Of a stretch of 64,000 bases of DNA, positions 32,855 to 43,373 are shown in pieces (position 1 is the stretch's first letter; every line of letters begins with the position of its first letter). Origin of the DNA: an uncultured Spirochaetota bacterium. Lineage in GTDB: Bacteria > Spirochaetota > Spirochaetia > SZUA-6 > CAVTHK01. Made by a program: the position numbers and the translations under genes. Where the stretch lies: contig CAVTHK010000003.1 of NCBI GenBank assembly GCA_963734495.1, positions 352,001-416,000 of the forward strand. The letters run 5' to 3'. The notes beneath the pieces are model-generated. The model made no database searches, was not told the origin of the DNA, and saw nothing but the letters and a program-made list of their open reading frames with translations.

Positions 32855-33214
32855 ATGCGGTTCATGGTGATCGTCAAGGCGAACAAAGAGTCCGAGGCGG
32901 GCGTGATGCCGGTCAAGGAGGAGCTGCTCGCGATGGACCGGTTCAACCAGGAGCTGACGAAGGCGGGCGTGATGCTCGCGGGCGAAGGGCTGCATGCGAG
33001 CTCCAAGGGCGCGCGCCTGCGGTTCTCGAAGGGCGGGAAGACGACCGTGACCGACGGTCCCTTCGCCGAGACGAAAGAGCTGGTCGCCGGGTTCTGGATC
33101 TGGCAGGTCAGGTCGAAGGAAGAGGCGATCGAGTGGGCGAAGCGCGCGCCTTTCGGGGACGGGGCCGTGCTCGAGATCCGGCAGGTCTTCGAAGAGGCCG
33201 AGTTCGACCGGTAA
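32855..33214 (+). CDS. YciI/DGPF domain protein
   Basis: MRFMVIVKA, GEGLH.SSKGAR, TDGPFAETKELVAGFW. Confidence 0.93.
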   Translation: MRFMVIVKANKESEAGVMPVKEELLAMDRFNQELTKAGVMLAGEGLHASSKGARLRFSKGGKTTVTDGPFAETKELVAGFWIWQVRSKEEAIEWAKRAPFGDGAVLEIRQVFEEAEFDR

Positions 33215-33229
33215 CCCGGAGGACCACGC

Positions 33230-34513
33230 ATGGCGGCTGACGCGCACCGCGCGATCGAGGCGGTCTGGAGGATCGAGTCGGCGAAGCTCATCGCGGCCCT
33301 CGCGCGCATGGTGCGCGACGTCGGGCACGCCGAGGAGCTGGCGCAGGACGCGCTCGTGGCTGCGCTCGAGCGGTGGCCGCGCACGGGAATCCCGGACAAC
33401 CCGGGGGCGTGGCTCATGGCCACGGCAAAGCGGCGCGCGATCGATCTGCTGAGGCGGAAGAAGCGCCTGGAGCGCAAGCACCAGGAGCTCGGCCGCGAGC
33501 TCGAGATCAGGAACCAGGCCGACGCGCCGGACCTCGAGGCGCGCATGGACGACGACATCGGCGACGACCTCCTGCGGCTGATGTTCACCGCGTGCCACCC
33601 GGTCCTGTCGCGGGAGGCGCGCATCGCGCTGACGCTCCGGCTGCTCGGGGGCCTCACGACCGACGAGATCGCCCGCGCCTTCCTCGTCCCGGAGCCGACC
33701 GTGGCCCAGAGGATCGTGCGCGCCAAGCGGACGCTGGCCGAGGCGCGGGTGCCGTTCGAGGTGCCCCGCGGGCCGGAGCGCGCGGCCCGCCTCTCGTCGG
33801 TGCTCGAGGTGATCTACCTCATCTTCAACGAAGGCTACTCGGCGACCGCGGGCAGCGACTGGATGAGGCCGGCCCTGTGCGAGGACGCCCTGCGCCTCGG
33901 CCGCATCCTCGCCGGGCTCGCGCCGAGCGAGCCGGAGGTGCACGGGCTGGTCGCCCTGATGGAGATCCAGGCATCGCGCTCGAGGGCCCGCGTGGGCCCG
34001 TCGGGGGAGCCGGTGCTGCTGCTCGACCAGGACCGCGGCCGCTGGGATCAGGTCCTCGTGCGCCGCGGCCTCGCCGCCCTCGAGCGCGCCGAGACGCTCG
34101 GCGGCGCGCTCGGCCCGTATGCGCTGCAGGCGGCGATCGCCGCCTGCCACGCGCGGGCGCGCACGGCGTCGGAGACGGACTGGGGACGCATCGCCGCTCT
34201 CTACGACGCGCTCGCCGAGCTCGCGCCTTCGCCCGTCGTCGCGCTGAACCGCGCGGTGGCGCTGGGGATGGCGTTCGGACCCGAAGCCGGCCTCGAGGCC
34301 GTCGACGAGCTCGTCGGGGAGCCTTCGCTCAGGGGCTACCACCTTCTGCCGAGCGTGCGCGGCGACCTGCTCGCGAAGCTCGGCCGCCACGCCGAGGCCC
34401 GCGCCGAGCTCGAGCGCGCGGCGTCGCTCACGCGCAACGCGCGCGAGCGCGACCTGCTGCTCGCCCGGGCGGCTGCCTGCGGCCGCAGCCTCGCGGGGGC
34501 GGAGTCGGCCTGA
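33230..34513 (+). CDS. ECF sigma factor, ECF42 group (C-terminal TPR/DUF6596 extension)
   Basis: AEELAQDA, PDNPGAWL, LRLMFTACHP, YLIFNEGY, YALQAAIAACH, PSPVVALNRAVA. Confidence 0.92.
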   Translation: MAADAHRAIEAVWRIESAKLIAALARMVRDVGHAEELAQDALVAALERWPRTGIPDNPGAWLMATAKRRAIDLLRRKKRLERKHQELGRELEIRNQADAPDLEARMDDDIGDDLLRLMFTACHPVLSREARIALTLRLLGGLTTDEIARAFLVPEPTVAQRIVRAKRTLAEARVPFEVPRGPERAARLSSVLEVIYLIFNEGYSATAGSDWMRPALCEDALRLGRILAGLAPSEPEVHGLVALMEIQASRSRARVGPSGEPVLLLDQDRGRWDQVLVRRGLAALERAETLGGALGPYALQAAIAACHARARTASETDWGRIAALYDALAELAPSPVVALNRAVALGMAFGPEAGLEAVDELVGEPSLRGYHLLPSVRGDLLAKLGRHAEARAELERAASLTRNARERDLLLARAAACGRSLAGAESA

Positions 34514-34550
34514 GAGCGGCGTCCCGCGGCCGGCGCGGCGGCGTCCCGCC

Positions 34551-36064
34551 TCAATCCACGAACAGGTTCTTGCTCGCGAAGGCGGGCTCGCAGGTGAGGT
34601 TGATCCCGAGCTTGCGCAGTCCCGCCTCGTCGCCCGGCGTGGGGATGTGGGTGACGTGGGCCTCGCAGCCCCGCAGCAGCTTGAGCTTCTCGACCGCGGC
34701 CTGCGCCGCCGGGTTCATGGCGGCGCTGATGGACAGCGCGATCAGGGTCTCCTCGAGGTCCAGGCTGAGCTGCCTGCCCGCGAGGACTTCCTTCTTGAAG
34801 TGGGTGAGCGACTCGGTGATCTGCGGCGGCAGGAGGTGGATCGGGTCGGGATCCCGGCCAGCGTCTTGGCGGCGTTGAGGATGAGGCTCGAGGCCGCGTG
34901 CATCAGCGGCGAGTTCTTGCCCGTGACGATCGTGCCGTCGGGCAGCTCGAGGGCCGCGCCGCAGTAGACCCCTTCGCTTCCCTTGCCGCGGATCTTCGCG
35001 TCGTGCGCCGCCTCCTGGGCGGGAGCGACGACGCAGCGGTCGCGCACGCCGACCTCGAGGTCCTCCATCAGCAGCTCGACCCGCTGCACCGAAGCGCGGC
35101 CGGTGAGCCCCATCGCGTACTCGCAGGCGTAGCGGAAGTAGCGCCGGATCACCTCCTGCGTGGCCGCCTCGCGCACCGCCGCGTCGTCCACGATCCCGAA
35201 GCCGGCGCGGTTGACGCCCATGTCGGTCGGCGAGCGGTAGACCGTGGCCTCGCCCGCGATCCGCTCGAGGATCCGCCTGAGCACGGGGAAGACTTCGACG
35301 TCGCGGTTGTAGTTGACGGCCTTCTCGTTGCACGCCTCGAGGTGGAACGGGTCGATGAGGTTCACGTCGCCGATGTCGGCGGTGGCGGCCTCGTAGGCGA
35401 CGTTGACGGGGTGGTTGAGCGGCAGGTTCCAGATCGGGAAGGTCTCGAACTTCGCGTAGCCCGCGTTCACGCCGCGGCGGTGCTCGTGATAGAGCTGGGA
35501 GAGGCAGGTGGCGAGCTTGCCGCTGTTGGGTCCCGGCCCGGTGACGACGACGACGGGCTTGCTCGTCTCGATGTAGCGGTTGGCGCCGTAGCCCTCGTCG
35601 CTCACGATCGTGTCCACGTCGGTCGGGTAGCCCTTGGTGAACTTGTGCGTGAAGACCGCGATCCCGCGCCGCTCGAGCCGGTCGCGGAAGAGCCTGGCAG
35701 CCGGCTGGTCGTCGAAGCGGGTGATCACCACGGCGCGCACGCCGATGCCCCACTCCGCGAGGTCGTCGATGAGCTTGAGCGCGTCCGAGTCGTAGGTGAT
35801 GCCGAAGTCGGCGCGGATCTTCTTCCGCTCGATGTCGCCGGCGTAGATGCAGAGGAGCACCTCGGCGGAGTCGGCGAGATCGCGCAGCAGCCGCATCTTG
35901 ACGTTCGGATCGAAGCCGGGCAGCACGCGCGCGGCGTGATAGTCGTACAGCAGCTTGCCGCCGAACTCCAGGTAGAGCTTGTTGCCGAAGCGGCGCATCC
36001 GCTCGAGGATCGCGGCGCTCTGCTCCTCCAGGTACTTCTCGTTGTCGAATCCGGGTCGGGTCAC
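34551..36064 (-). CDS. DUF1846/UPF0371 protein (frameshift ~34850)
   Basis: [53 protein letters not shown]-terminus in ORF 34551. Confidence 0.9.
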
Positions 36065-36077
36065 TGGCCCCTGCGGC

Positions 36078-36497
36078 TTACCGCAGCACCCTTTCTTCCT
36101 TGAAGGTGTCCCAGTCGGTGACCTTGACGTCGCCCATGTCGGCGATCGCCAGGTTGGTAAAGGTCAGGGCGAGGCAGCCTTCCTCGAGGTGGCCGCCAAA
36201 GGCGTTGCGCTCGTCCGAGAACGTGATGTGGCAGTGCACGCGGCCGTCGATGATGAAACCGCCCATGACGCAGATGTCCAGCGCCTGGATGCTCTTGGGG
36301 TAGCTCTCGGCCGGCGGCAGGTCGTTGCTCATCACCACGTGGAAGTGCGAGCGGCTGACCGAGCCGAAGCCCGTCATCACGACGCCGTTCTTCACGCCGT
36401 GCTCCTTGACCGCCTGCCGGATGCCGAGGAGGATGTCGTCTCCCGGCGCTATCCTGATCATGACCACCCGTTTGATCTCGGCGACTCGTGACAGCAT
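36078..36497 (-). CDS. PPC (DUF296) domain protein
   Basis: [37 protein letters not shown]. Confidence 0.85.
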   Translation of the reverse strand: MLSRVAEIKRVVMIRIAPGDDILLGIRQAVKEHGVKNGVVMTGFGSVSRSHFHVVMSNDLPPAESYPKSIQALDICVMGGFIIDGRVHCHITFSDERNAFGGHLEEGCLALTFTNLAIADMGDVKVTDWDTFKEERVLR

Positions 36498-36647
36498 GGG
36501 ACTCTCCTTGGGGTCTGCCCGGCTCGCGTGTGCTCGCGGGCCATGGGCTCGTCTCGGCCCCCTTGGGGGGCGCCCGCATTCTAACCGCAGTGGCGCGGAT
36601 GCCACAACACGGCGTACTCCCGCGCCGTGACGCGCCGCGCGTCAGGG

Positions 36648-36703
36648 TTGACAACGGACCCTGATAGGTTAAAAGTAAGTTAACCGGTCAACCAAGCGTT
36701 AAC
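36648..36703 (+). promoter_or_regulatory. Promoter with LacI-type operator
   Basis: TTGACA at 36648, AT-rich -10 region, near-palindrome GTTAACCGGTCAAC (36679-36692) with central CG. Confidence 0.65.
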
Positions 36704-36721
36704 TGGGACGCGGGAGGCGGG

Positions 36722-37755
36722 TTGAAGGTCGGGCTCAAGGACATCGCCGAACGCGTCGGGCTCTCGAAGGCGGCCGTGTCGCTCTATTTCCGCGATCCCT
36801 CGACGTCGCGCGTGAGCGACGAGAGCAAGACGCGCATCCGCGTCGCGGCGGCCGAGCTCGACTACCGGCCCGACGTGTTCGCCCGCAGTCTCTCCGCGCG
36901 CAAGAGCCACATGATCGCGATCCTGATCCCCTTCGATCTGCCGTACTTCCGCAGCACGTACCTGAACGAGGCGCTGTGCGGGATCCAGAGCGTCCTCTTC
37001 GACCGCGGCTACAACTTCGTCTTCGTCCCGAGCCGGGGCAACAACTCCACCGCGATCCTCAGGAGCCAGCTCGAGCGCGGCCGCGGCTACGACGGCTTCA
37101 TCATCTTCGGCACCCGCGCCTGCACGATGGCCGACATGCGCGCGAACGTCGAGCAGATGCACAAGGTCGGCGTCCCCTTCGCCGTGCTGAACATGCCGGA
37201 CATGGGCAGCGACATCAACCAGGTCGTCAACGTCAGCCCGCGCGCCGCCGAGCGCCATCCGCTACCTGCTGGACCTGGGCCACGAGCGCATCCTCCTGAT
37301 GGGCGGCAAGGCCGCAGGCCCCCGACACGGAGGACTGCATCCGCGAATACCGCGAGGGATTCGCGGAGCGCGGCCTCGCGGTCGACGAGCAGCTCTTTCT
37401 CAACGGCGACTACGAGGAGATGGTGGCGCGCAGCCAGATCCTGCAGGCGCTCGACCGCGGCGTCCGTTTCACGGCCGTGTACTGCCTCACCGACACGATG
37501 GCGCTCGGGGTCTACGAGGGGCTCGCCGAGAGGGGGCTCGCCGTGCCCGCGAACGTGTCGGTGATAGGGAAGAACGACTCGTTCTTCGCGCGCTTCCTGA
37601 GCCCGCCGCTCACGAGCGTGCGCGTGCCGATGTTCGAGGCGGGACGGCTGGGCGCCGAGAGCCTGCTTCGCAGCATCGAAGGCGGCGAAGAGCCCCGCAA
37701 GATCTTCCTGAAGAACGAGCTGATCCTGAGGCTGTCGACCGCCATCAGGAGGTAA
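36722..37755 (+). CDS. LacI-family transcriptional regulator (frameshifts ~37245 and ~37320)
   Basis: LKDIAERVGLSKAAVS HTH, LDYRPD.FARSL; YLLDLGHERI; VPANVSVIG, PPLTSV, LILRLST. Confidence 0.9.
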
Positions 37756-37809
37756 GGGAGGTTTCACGGCCTCGTCCGAGGCCTGAGCGAAGATCGCAGG
37801 AGGAAAGAC

Positions 37810-39160
37810 GTGAAAAAGGAATGGTCAGTGCTGGTGCTCGTCCTCGCCGTGCTGCTCGCGCCGGCCGCGCTGTTCGCGGCGGGCGGGCAGGAGGCCGCCA
37901 GGGAGACCGGCCCCATCAAGATGTCGTTCTGGCACCTGTGGGGCGGCTCGCGGGCCGAGCTCATCGACGCCCTGGCCAAGAAGTTCAAGGCCGACCACCC
38001 GAACGTGGAGCTGGAGGTGACGTTCACGGCGCCCGAACGACCTGCAGACCAAGGTCGTGCAGGCGGCCGGCACCGGAACGCTCCCCGACGTGTTCAACAT
38101 GCACACGGGGTGGTACGACAACCTGCAGCCCGCCGACACCATGCTCAAGCTCGACGGCTTCCTCGCGAAGGAGAAGATCGACATCAAGGCGATCCTCCTG
38201 GAGCCCGAGTGGAAGCGCAGCTATTACGACAACGCCGTCTACAGCCTGCCCAACGTCCTCGCCGGCGCGCAGGGGCTCTTGTTCTACAACAAGGGCCTGA
38301 TGCGCAAGGCCGGCCTCGATGCGGAGAAGGACGCGCCGAAGAACTGGGACGATTTCGTCCGCGTGAGCAAGGTCCTGATCAAGGCGCTCAACCAGCCGGG
38401 CAAGCTGGACGTCATCGTGTGGGACCCCTGGATGCACGTCGGCCAGAACATGATCCAGGTGTACTCCCACATGGCGGGCTTCCCGACCGTGTCCGCCGAC
38501 AGCAAGACTTCGCTGTTCAACACCCCGGGCGTGCTCGACACCGCGCGGAAGTTCGACCAGTACATCACCGAAGTCTACGGCCCCTACGGCGGCTACAAGG
38601 CCATCATCGAGTGGTCGAGCCGCGTGGCCGGCGTCGACTACGGCGCAGCGCAGGTGCAGGCCTTCACCAAGGAAGCGCAGGTCTTCTACGTCTCGGGCTC
38701 GTGGACCATCGGCCAGGTGCAGGCCGCCAACCCGAAGCTCGACATGGGCCTGCTGCCCATCCCGGGCTTCAAGGGCCAGCATGGCGCGGCCGCCAAGCAC
38801 GGGTGGTCGTACGCCATCAACAAGAAGGTCAAGTACCCCCAGACCGCCTGGGCGCTCGAGAAGTTCCTCACCCTCGACCCCAAGGGCAACGGCGAGTTCT
38901 GCATCGTCCAGGGCAGGCCCTGTCCCATCACTGCGGTCAACGACGACCCGCGCTACCTCTCGCAGGGCGAGATCTGGAAGAGCCTGGTCACCGCGATGAA
39001 GCTCGACTACACGCCCGACTACAACGACCACTTCAACGCGCTGATCCCGTGGCTGCGCGACGTGCCGGCTCGCCGGGCCTCGGGCCAGTCGATCGAAGAG
39101 GCGATGGGGTACGTGCATAAGATGTTCACCGATTACCTGAACGACCTCTACAAGAAATAG
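37810..39160 (+). CDS. Carbohydrate ABC substrate-binding protein, family 1 (frameshift ~38035)
   Basis: Signal ...LFAAGGQEAA, FWHLWGG, FKADHPNV; second frame GTLPDV, LFYNK, PKNWDD, GWSYAI. Confidence 0.88.
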
Positions 39161-40084
39161 ATGAAGAAGGCCGCCAGCCGATCGGGGGGGCTCGTCATCG
39201 GACGGCCCCCCGTGCGAAAGGGCCTCACCGCCCTCCTGTTCCTGGCGCCGTGGCTCGTGTCGCTCGTGGTGTTCTGGTACGGGCCGATCCTCGCCACCGT
39301 GGGCTTGAGCTTCAGCCGCTACAAGCTCATCGGCTCCCCGAGGCTCATCGGGCTCGCCAACTACTCCGCCATCTTTCAGGACTCCTACTTCTGGGTCGGG
39401 CTGCGGACCACGTTCGTCTTCACCGCGCTCTACCTGCCCGCCAACTTCGTGCTGGGGCTCGCCACCGCGTGGCTGCTGAGTCTCGACGTGCGCCTGAAGG
39501 GCCTGTGGCGCACGGTGCTGTACGTGCCGTCGGTCCTGCCCGTGATCGCGGTCCTCGTGCTCGGCAAGTTCATCTTCTACCCCAACGGCCTGATGAACAC
39601 GGCGCTCGAGCTCTTCGGCATCAAGGGGCCCCTGTGGCTCGCGAACCCGCGCCTGATCATCCCGGCTTCGGTGATGCTCACCGCGTGGCAGTGCGGCACG
39701 GCCATGGTGGTCTACCTGGGCGCCCTGCAGAACGTGCCGTCGCAGTACTACGAAGCCGCCGAGATCGACGGCCTCGGTCGGGTGCGGCAGTTCTTCGGGA
39801 TCACGATCCCGCTGATCTCGCCCGCGATCTTCTTCCGCGTGATCATCGACCTGATCTTCGCGCTGACGATCTTTATCCCCGCGCTCATCCTGCCCGAAGG
39901 CGGGGTTCCCGGCGGGCCCGCGGACGGCTCCCGCTTCTACGTGCTGCACCTCTACGAGAAGGCGTTCAAACGCTTCAACATCGGCGAGGCATCGGCGCTG
40001 GCCACCGTGCTGATCCTCATATGCGTGGTGCTCACCTGGATGGTCATCCGGGCGAGCGAGCGCTACGTGCACTACGAGAGCTGA
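39161..40084 (+). CDS. Carbohydrate ABC permease (MalF-like)
   Basis: FLAPW, GLANY, YLGALQNVPSQYYEAAEIDG EAA motif. Confidence 0.92.
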   Translation: MKKAASRSGGLVIGRPPVRKGLTALLFLAPWLVSLVVFWYGPILATVGLSFSRYKLIGSPRLIGLANYSAIFQDSYFWVGLRTTFVFTALYLPANFVLGLATAWLLSLDVRLKGLWRTVLYVPSVLPVIAVLVLGKFIFYPNGLMNTALELFGIKGPLWLANPRLIIPASVMLTAWQCGTAMVVYLGALQNVPSQYYEAAEIDGLGRVRQFFGITIPLISPAIFFRVIIDLIFALTIFIPALILPEGGVPGGPADGSRFYVLHLYEKAFKRFNIGEASALATVLILICVVLTWMVIRASERYVHYES

Positions 40085-40089
40085 CCCCC

Positions 40090-40935
40090 ATGAGCGTCAA
40101 TGCACTGAGAACCCGCTGGTCGCGCCTGGCCGCCTATGCCGCGGTGATCGCCGTCTGCCTCGTGTTCGCGGCGCCGTTCGTCTATCTCTTCTCGACGGCG
40201 CTCAAGGACGAGGCGCAGCTGCTCAGCAAGCCGCGCGAATTCTTCCCCGCGCCCCTGCACTTCCGCAACTTCGTCACCGTCTTCGAGCGCTTCGACATCG
40301 TGCGCTATTTCGCGAACACGGTGCTCGTCGTGGTCGGCAGCGTGGCCGGCAACGTCATCGTGAGCACCCTCGCAGGGTACGCGCTCTCGCGCATGCAGTA
40401 CCGGGGCCGCGAGCTGGTGTTCCTGCTGACCCTCGGGTGCATGTTCATGCCGCTGTTCCTCATCATCATCCCGCGCTTCATCGTGTTCAAGCACCTCGGC
40501 ATGATCGGGACGCTGCTGCCGCTGATCGTGCCCTCGGCCCTCGGCTCGCCGCTCTGCATCTTCCTGATGCGGCAGTACCTCCGCGGCATCCCGATGGACC
40601 TGAACGAAGCCGCCCGCATCGACGGCTGCGGCGAGGCGAGGATCTACGCGCAGGTCATCATGCCGCTGTGCCGCGCGGCGGTGGCCACCATCGTGATCTT
40701 CACGACGCAGTGGCGGTGGAACGACTTTATCGAGCCGCTCATCTACCTGTCGAACGAGAAGCTCTACACCATCACGATGGGGCTCTACATGGTGCTCGGG
40801 CAGAGCGCCGAGGACATCACGATCCACCTGGTGATGGCGTTTCTGATCCTCTCGATCGTGCCGATCCTGGCGGTGTTCGCCGCGGCGCAGAAGCAGTTCG
40901 TCGAAGGCGTCTCCCACACGGGGCTCAAGGGATAA
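40090..40935 (+). CDS. Carbohydrate ABC permease (MalG-like)
   Basis: FLMRQY, EAARIDG, WNDFIEPLIYL, QKQFVEG...GLKG. Confidence 0.92.
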   Translation: MSVNALRTRWSRLAAYAAVIAVCLVFAAPFVYLFSTALKDEAQLLSKPREFFPAPLHFRNFVTVFERFDIVRYFANTVLVVVGSVAGNVIVSTLAGYALSRMQYRGRELVFLLTLGCMFMPLFLIIIPRFIVFKHLGMIGTLLPLIVPSALGSPLCIFLMRQYLRGIPMDLNEAARIDGCGEARIYAQVIMPLCRAAVATIVIFTTQWRWNDFIEPLIYLSNEKLYTITMGLYMVLGQSAEDITIHLVMAFLILSIVPILAVFAAAQKQFVEGVSHTGLKG

Positions 40936-40941
40936 GGGCCG

Positions 40942-42255
40942 ATGAAGACCATTCGCGAGCCGGCCCGGGACATCCCCGTGACCGCGGAGTCGGACGTCGT
41001 CGTCGTGGGCGCGGGACCGGCCGGCTTCGCAGCGGCAGTAAACGCGGCGCGCCTCGGGGCGCGCACGCTGCTGCTCGAGCAGAGCGGCATCGTCGGCGGG
41101 GTGGCCACCAGCGGCCTCATGAGCCTCTGGACCGGCAATACGCGCGGTCCTCTGTACGAGGAAATCCTCGAGCGCTCTGCGGACCGGCGCGGCGGCTTCG
41201 AGTACTACGGCGGCAAGGTCCGCGAATGGCGGACGATCATCAACACTGAGCGCCTGAAGACCGTGCTGCTGGAGATGCTCGAGGAGGCGGGCGTGGAGCT
41301 GCGGCTTTACACCTTTGCCTGCCTGCCGGTCATGGAGGGCGGGACGGTCGGCGGCGTCGTGACGGAGAGCAAGAGCGGCCGCGAGGCGGTGCTCGGCCGC
41401 GTGGTGGTGGACGCCTCGGGCGACGGCGACGTCGCCGCCGCCGCGGGCGTGCCCTACGTCAAGGGCCGCGAGGGCGACGGCAGGATGCAGCCCGCGACGC
41501 TCATGTTCCGCGTGGCGGGGGTGGACACGGAACGCGCCGTGTTCCCGGGCGAGTTCGGCGACACCTTCCCGGTGCCCGACGGCGACCTGCAGGAGCTCGG
41601 GCGCGGCGAGCTGCCCTTTCCCGCCGGCCACGTGCTGCTGTACCCGACGACACTCCCGGGCATCGTGACCGCCAACATGACGAACTGCATCGGCGTGGAC
41701 GGCACGCGCGCGGCCGACCTCACGCGCGCGACGATCGCCTGCCGGAAGCAGATCGGGCCGATCGTGGAGTTCCTGCGCAGGCGCGTGCCGGGGTTCGAGC
41801 GCTGCTATCCGCTCGAGTCCGCGGCCATGATCGGCGTGCGGGAGACGCGCCACTTCGAGGGCGAGAACAGGATCACGGAGCAGGACATCCTGGAGGCGCG
41901 GGTCTTCGACGACTGGATCGTGACCCGGGCGTACTTCAATTTCGACGTCCACAACATGAGCGGGTCGGGCCTGGACGAGAGCGGCGAGCAGGCCAGGTTC
42001 CCCCAGGACAAGGGCTACACCATCCCCTACGGCTGCTTCGTGCCGAAGAACGTCGACGGGCTGCTGCTCGCGGGCCGCAACATCTCAGGCACGCACCTGG
42101 CCCACTCCAACTTCCGCGTCATGCCGATCTGCGTGAACATGGGCCAGGGCGTGGGAGCCGCGGCCGCGCTCTGCGCCGCCCGCCGCTGCCGGCCCCGCGA
42201 TCTCGACGTCGGCGAGGTGCAGGACGTGCTGCGGCACCAGGGGGTCGAGCCTTGA
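40942..42255 (+). CDS. FAD-dependent oxidoreductase (FAD_oxidored family)
   Basis: VVGAGPAG, VDASGDGD, GVRETR, YTIPYGCFVP, AGRNISGTH...RVMPIC..MGQG.G. Confidence 0.9.
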   Translation: MKTIREPARDIPVTAESDVVVVGAGPAGFAAAVNAARLGARTLLLEQSGIVGGVATSGLMSLWTGNTRGPLYEEILERSADRRGGFEYYGGKVREWRTIINTERLKTVLLEMLEEAGVELRLYTFACLPVMEGGTVGGVVTESKSGREAVLGRVVVDASGDGDVAAAAGVPYVKGREGDGRMQPATLMFRVAGVDTERAVFPGEFGDTFPVPDGDLQELGRGELPFPAGHVLLYPTTLPGIVTANMTNCIGVDGTRAADLTRATIACRKQIGPIVEFLRRRVPGFERCYPLESAAMIGVRETRHFEGENRITEQDILEARVFDDWIVTRAYFNFDVHNMSGSGLDESGEQARFPQDKGYTIPYGCFVPKNVDGLLLAGRNISGTHLAHSNFRVMPICVNMGQGVGAAAALCAARRCRPRDLDVGEVQDVLRHQGVEP

Positions 42256-43373
42256 CGGGCCTGAGCAGCCGCGAGCGCCTCACGCGCCTGTTCGAGGGAA
42301 AGCCGATCGACCGCGTGCCGGTGTGGCCGCTGTTTCCCTTCCATCGGCTGCATTACTACGCCGACGTCGCCTCCCTTGCCTGCTACAGCCGCGTCCTCGA
42401 GGCGGCGCGCCTCCACGCCGACGTCTTCGACCGCCGCGCGCCGGAGACCGGCTTCTGCTTCTCCGGCTCGCCGGAGATCCGCATGGAGGAGGAGCGGCGG
42501 CAGCAGGGCGGCAGGCGCATGCTGCGGCGCACGGTCTCCTGGCGCGGCCTCGCGTTCCGCCAGGACGGCGTCCTCGACGGCGAGCGCCTGCAGCCGACGA
42601 AGCATTGGGTCGACGACGCCGGCGAGCTCGGCCGCATCCTCGAGCTGCCGTACGAGCGGCCCGCCTTCGACCTCGAGCGGCTCGCCCGCGAGCGCGAGGA
42701 GCTCGGCGACCGCGGCCTGATGATGATCGACATCGGCGACCCTCTGCAGGTGCTCTACCGCCTGATGAGCGTCGAGACCTTCGCCGTGGCGACGCTCACC
42801 GACCGCGCCCTTCTCCTGGAGTTCCTCGACGAGATGCACAGGCGCTGTCTCGACATCTACGGCTGGTTGCTCGATCACCGCGTCGGGCCCGTCTACTTTA
42901 TCGTGGGCGCCGAGTTCGCCGGGCCTCCGGTCGTGTCGCCCGCGGACTTCGTCGATCTGTCGGCGCGCTACGTCAAGGGGATCGTCGATCTCATCCGCGG
43001 CCGCGGCATGTACTCGATCGTGCACTACCACGGGAACCTGAAGCGCGTGCTCGCGGGAATGGCGGCGATCGCGCCCGACGGCCTGCACACCGTGGAGGCG
43101 CCGCCGGTCGGGGACTGCACCCTTGCGGAGGCCCGTAAGGCGTTAGGCGACACGATTCTCATCGGGAACATCCAGTACGACGACTTCCGCAGGCTCACCC
43201 CGGACGAGATGGAGCGCCTCGTCGCGCGCACGATCGAGGAGGGGAGGGGAGGCCGCTTCATCCTGAGCCCCACGGCGGGCCCCTACGAGGAGTCGATCCC
43301 GCCGCGCATGCAGGAGAACTACGTCCGCTTTCTGGAGGCGGGGGCGAAATACGGCAGGAGAGGCACAAAGTGA
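42252..43373 (+). CDS. Uroporphyrinogen decarboxylase/MtaA-CmuA superfamily TIM-barrel protein
   Basis: SSRERL...GKPIDRVP, HYHG, EAPPVGD, LIGNIQ, FILSPT, ENY. Confidence 0.8.
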   Translation: MTGLSSRERLTRLFEGKPIDRVPVWPLFPFHRLHYYADVASLACYSRVLEAARLHADVFDRRAPETGFCFSGSPEIRMEEERRQQGGRRMLRRTVSWRGLAFRQDGVLDGERLQPTKHWVDDAGELGRILELPYERPAFDLERLAREREELGDRGLMMIDIGDPLQVLYRLMSVETFAVATLTDRALLLEFLDEMHRRCLDIYGWLLDHRVGPVYFIVGAEFAGPPVVSPADFVDLSARYVKGIVDLIRGRGMYSIVHYHGNLKRVLAGMAAIAPDGLHTVEAPPVGDCTLAEARKALGDTILIGNIQYDDFRRLTPDEMERLVARTIEEGRGGRFILSPTAGPYEESIPPRMQENYVRFLEAGAKYGRRGTK

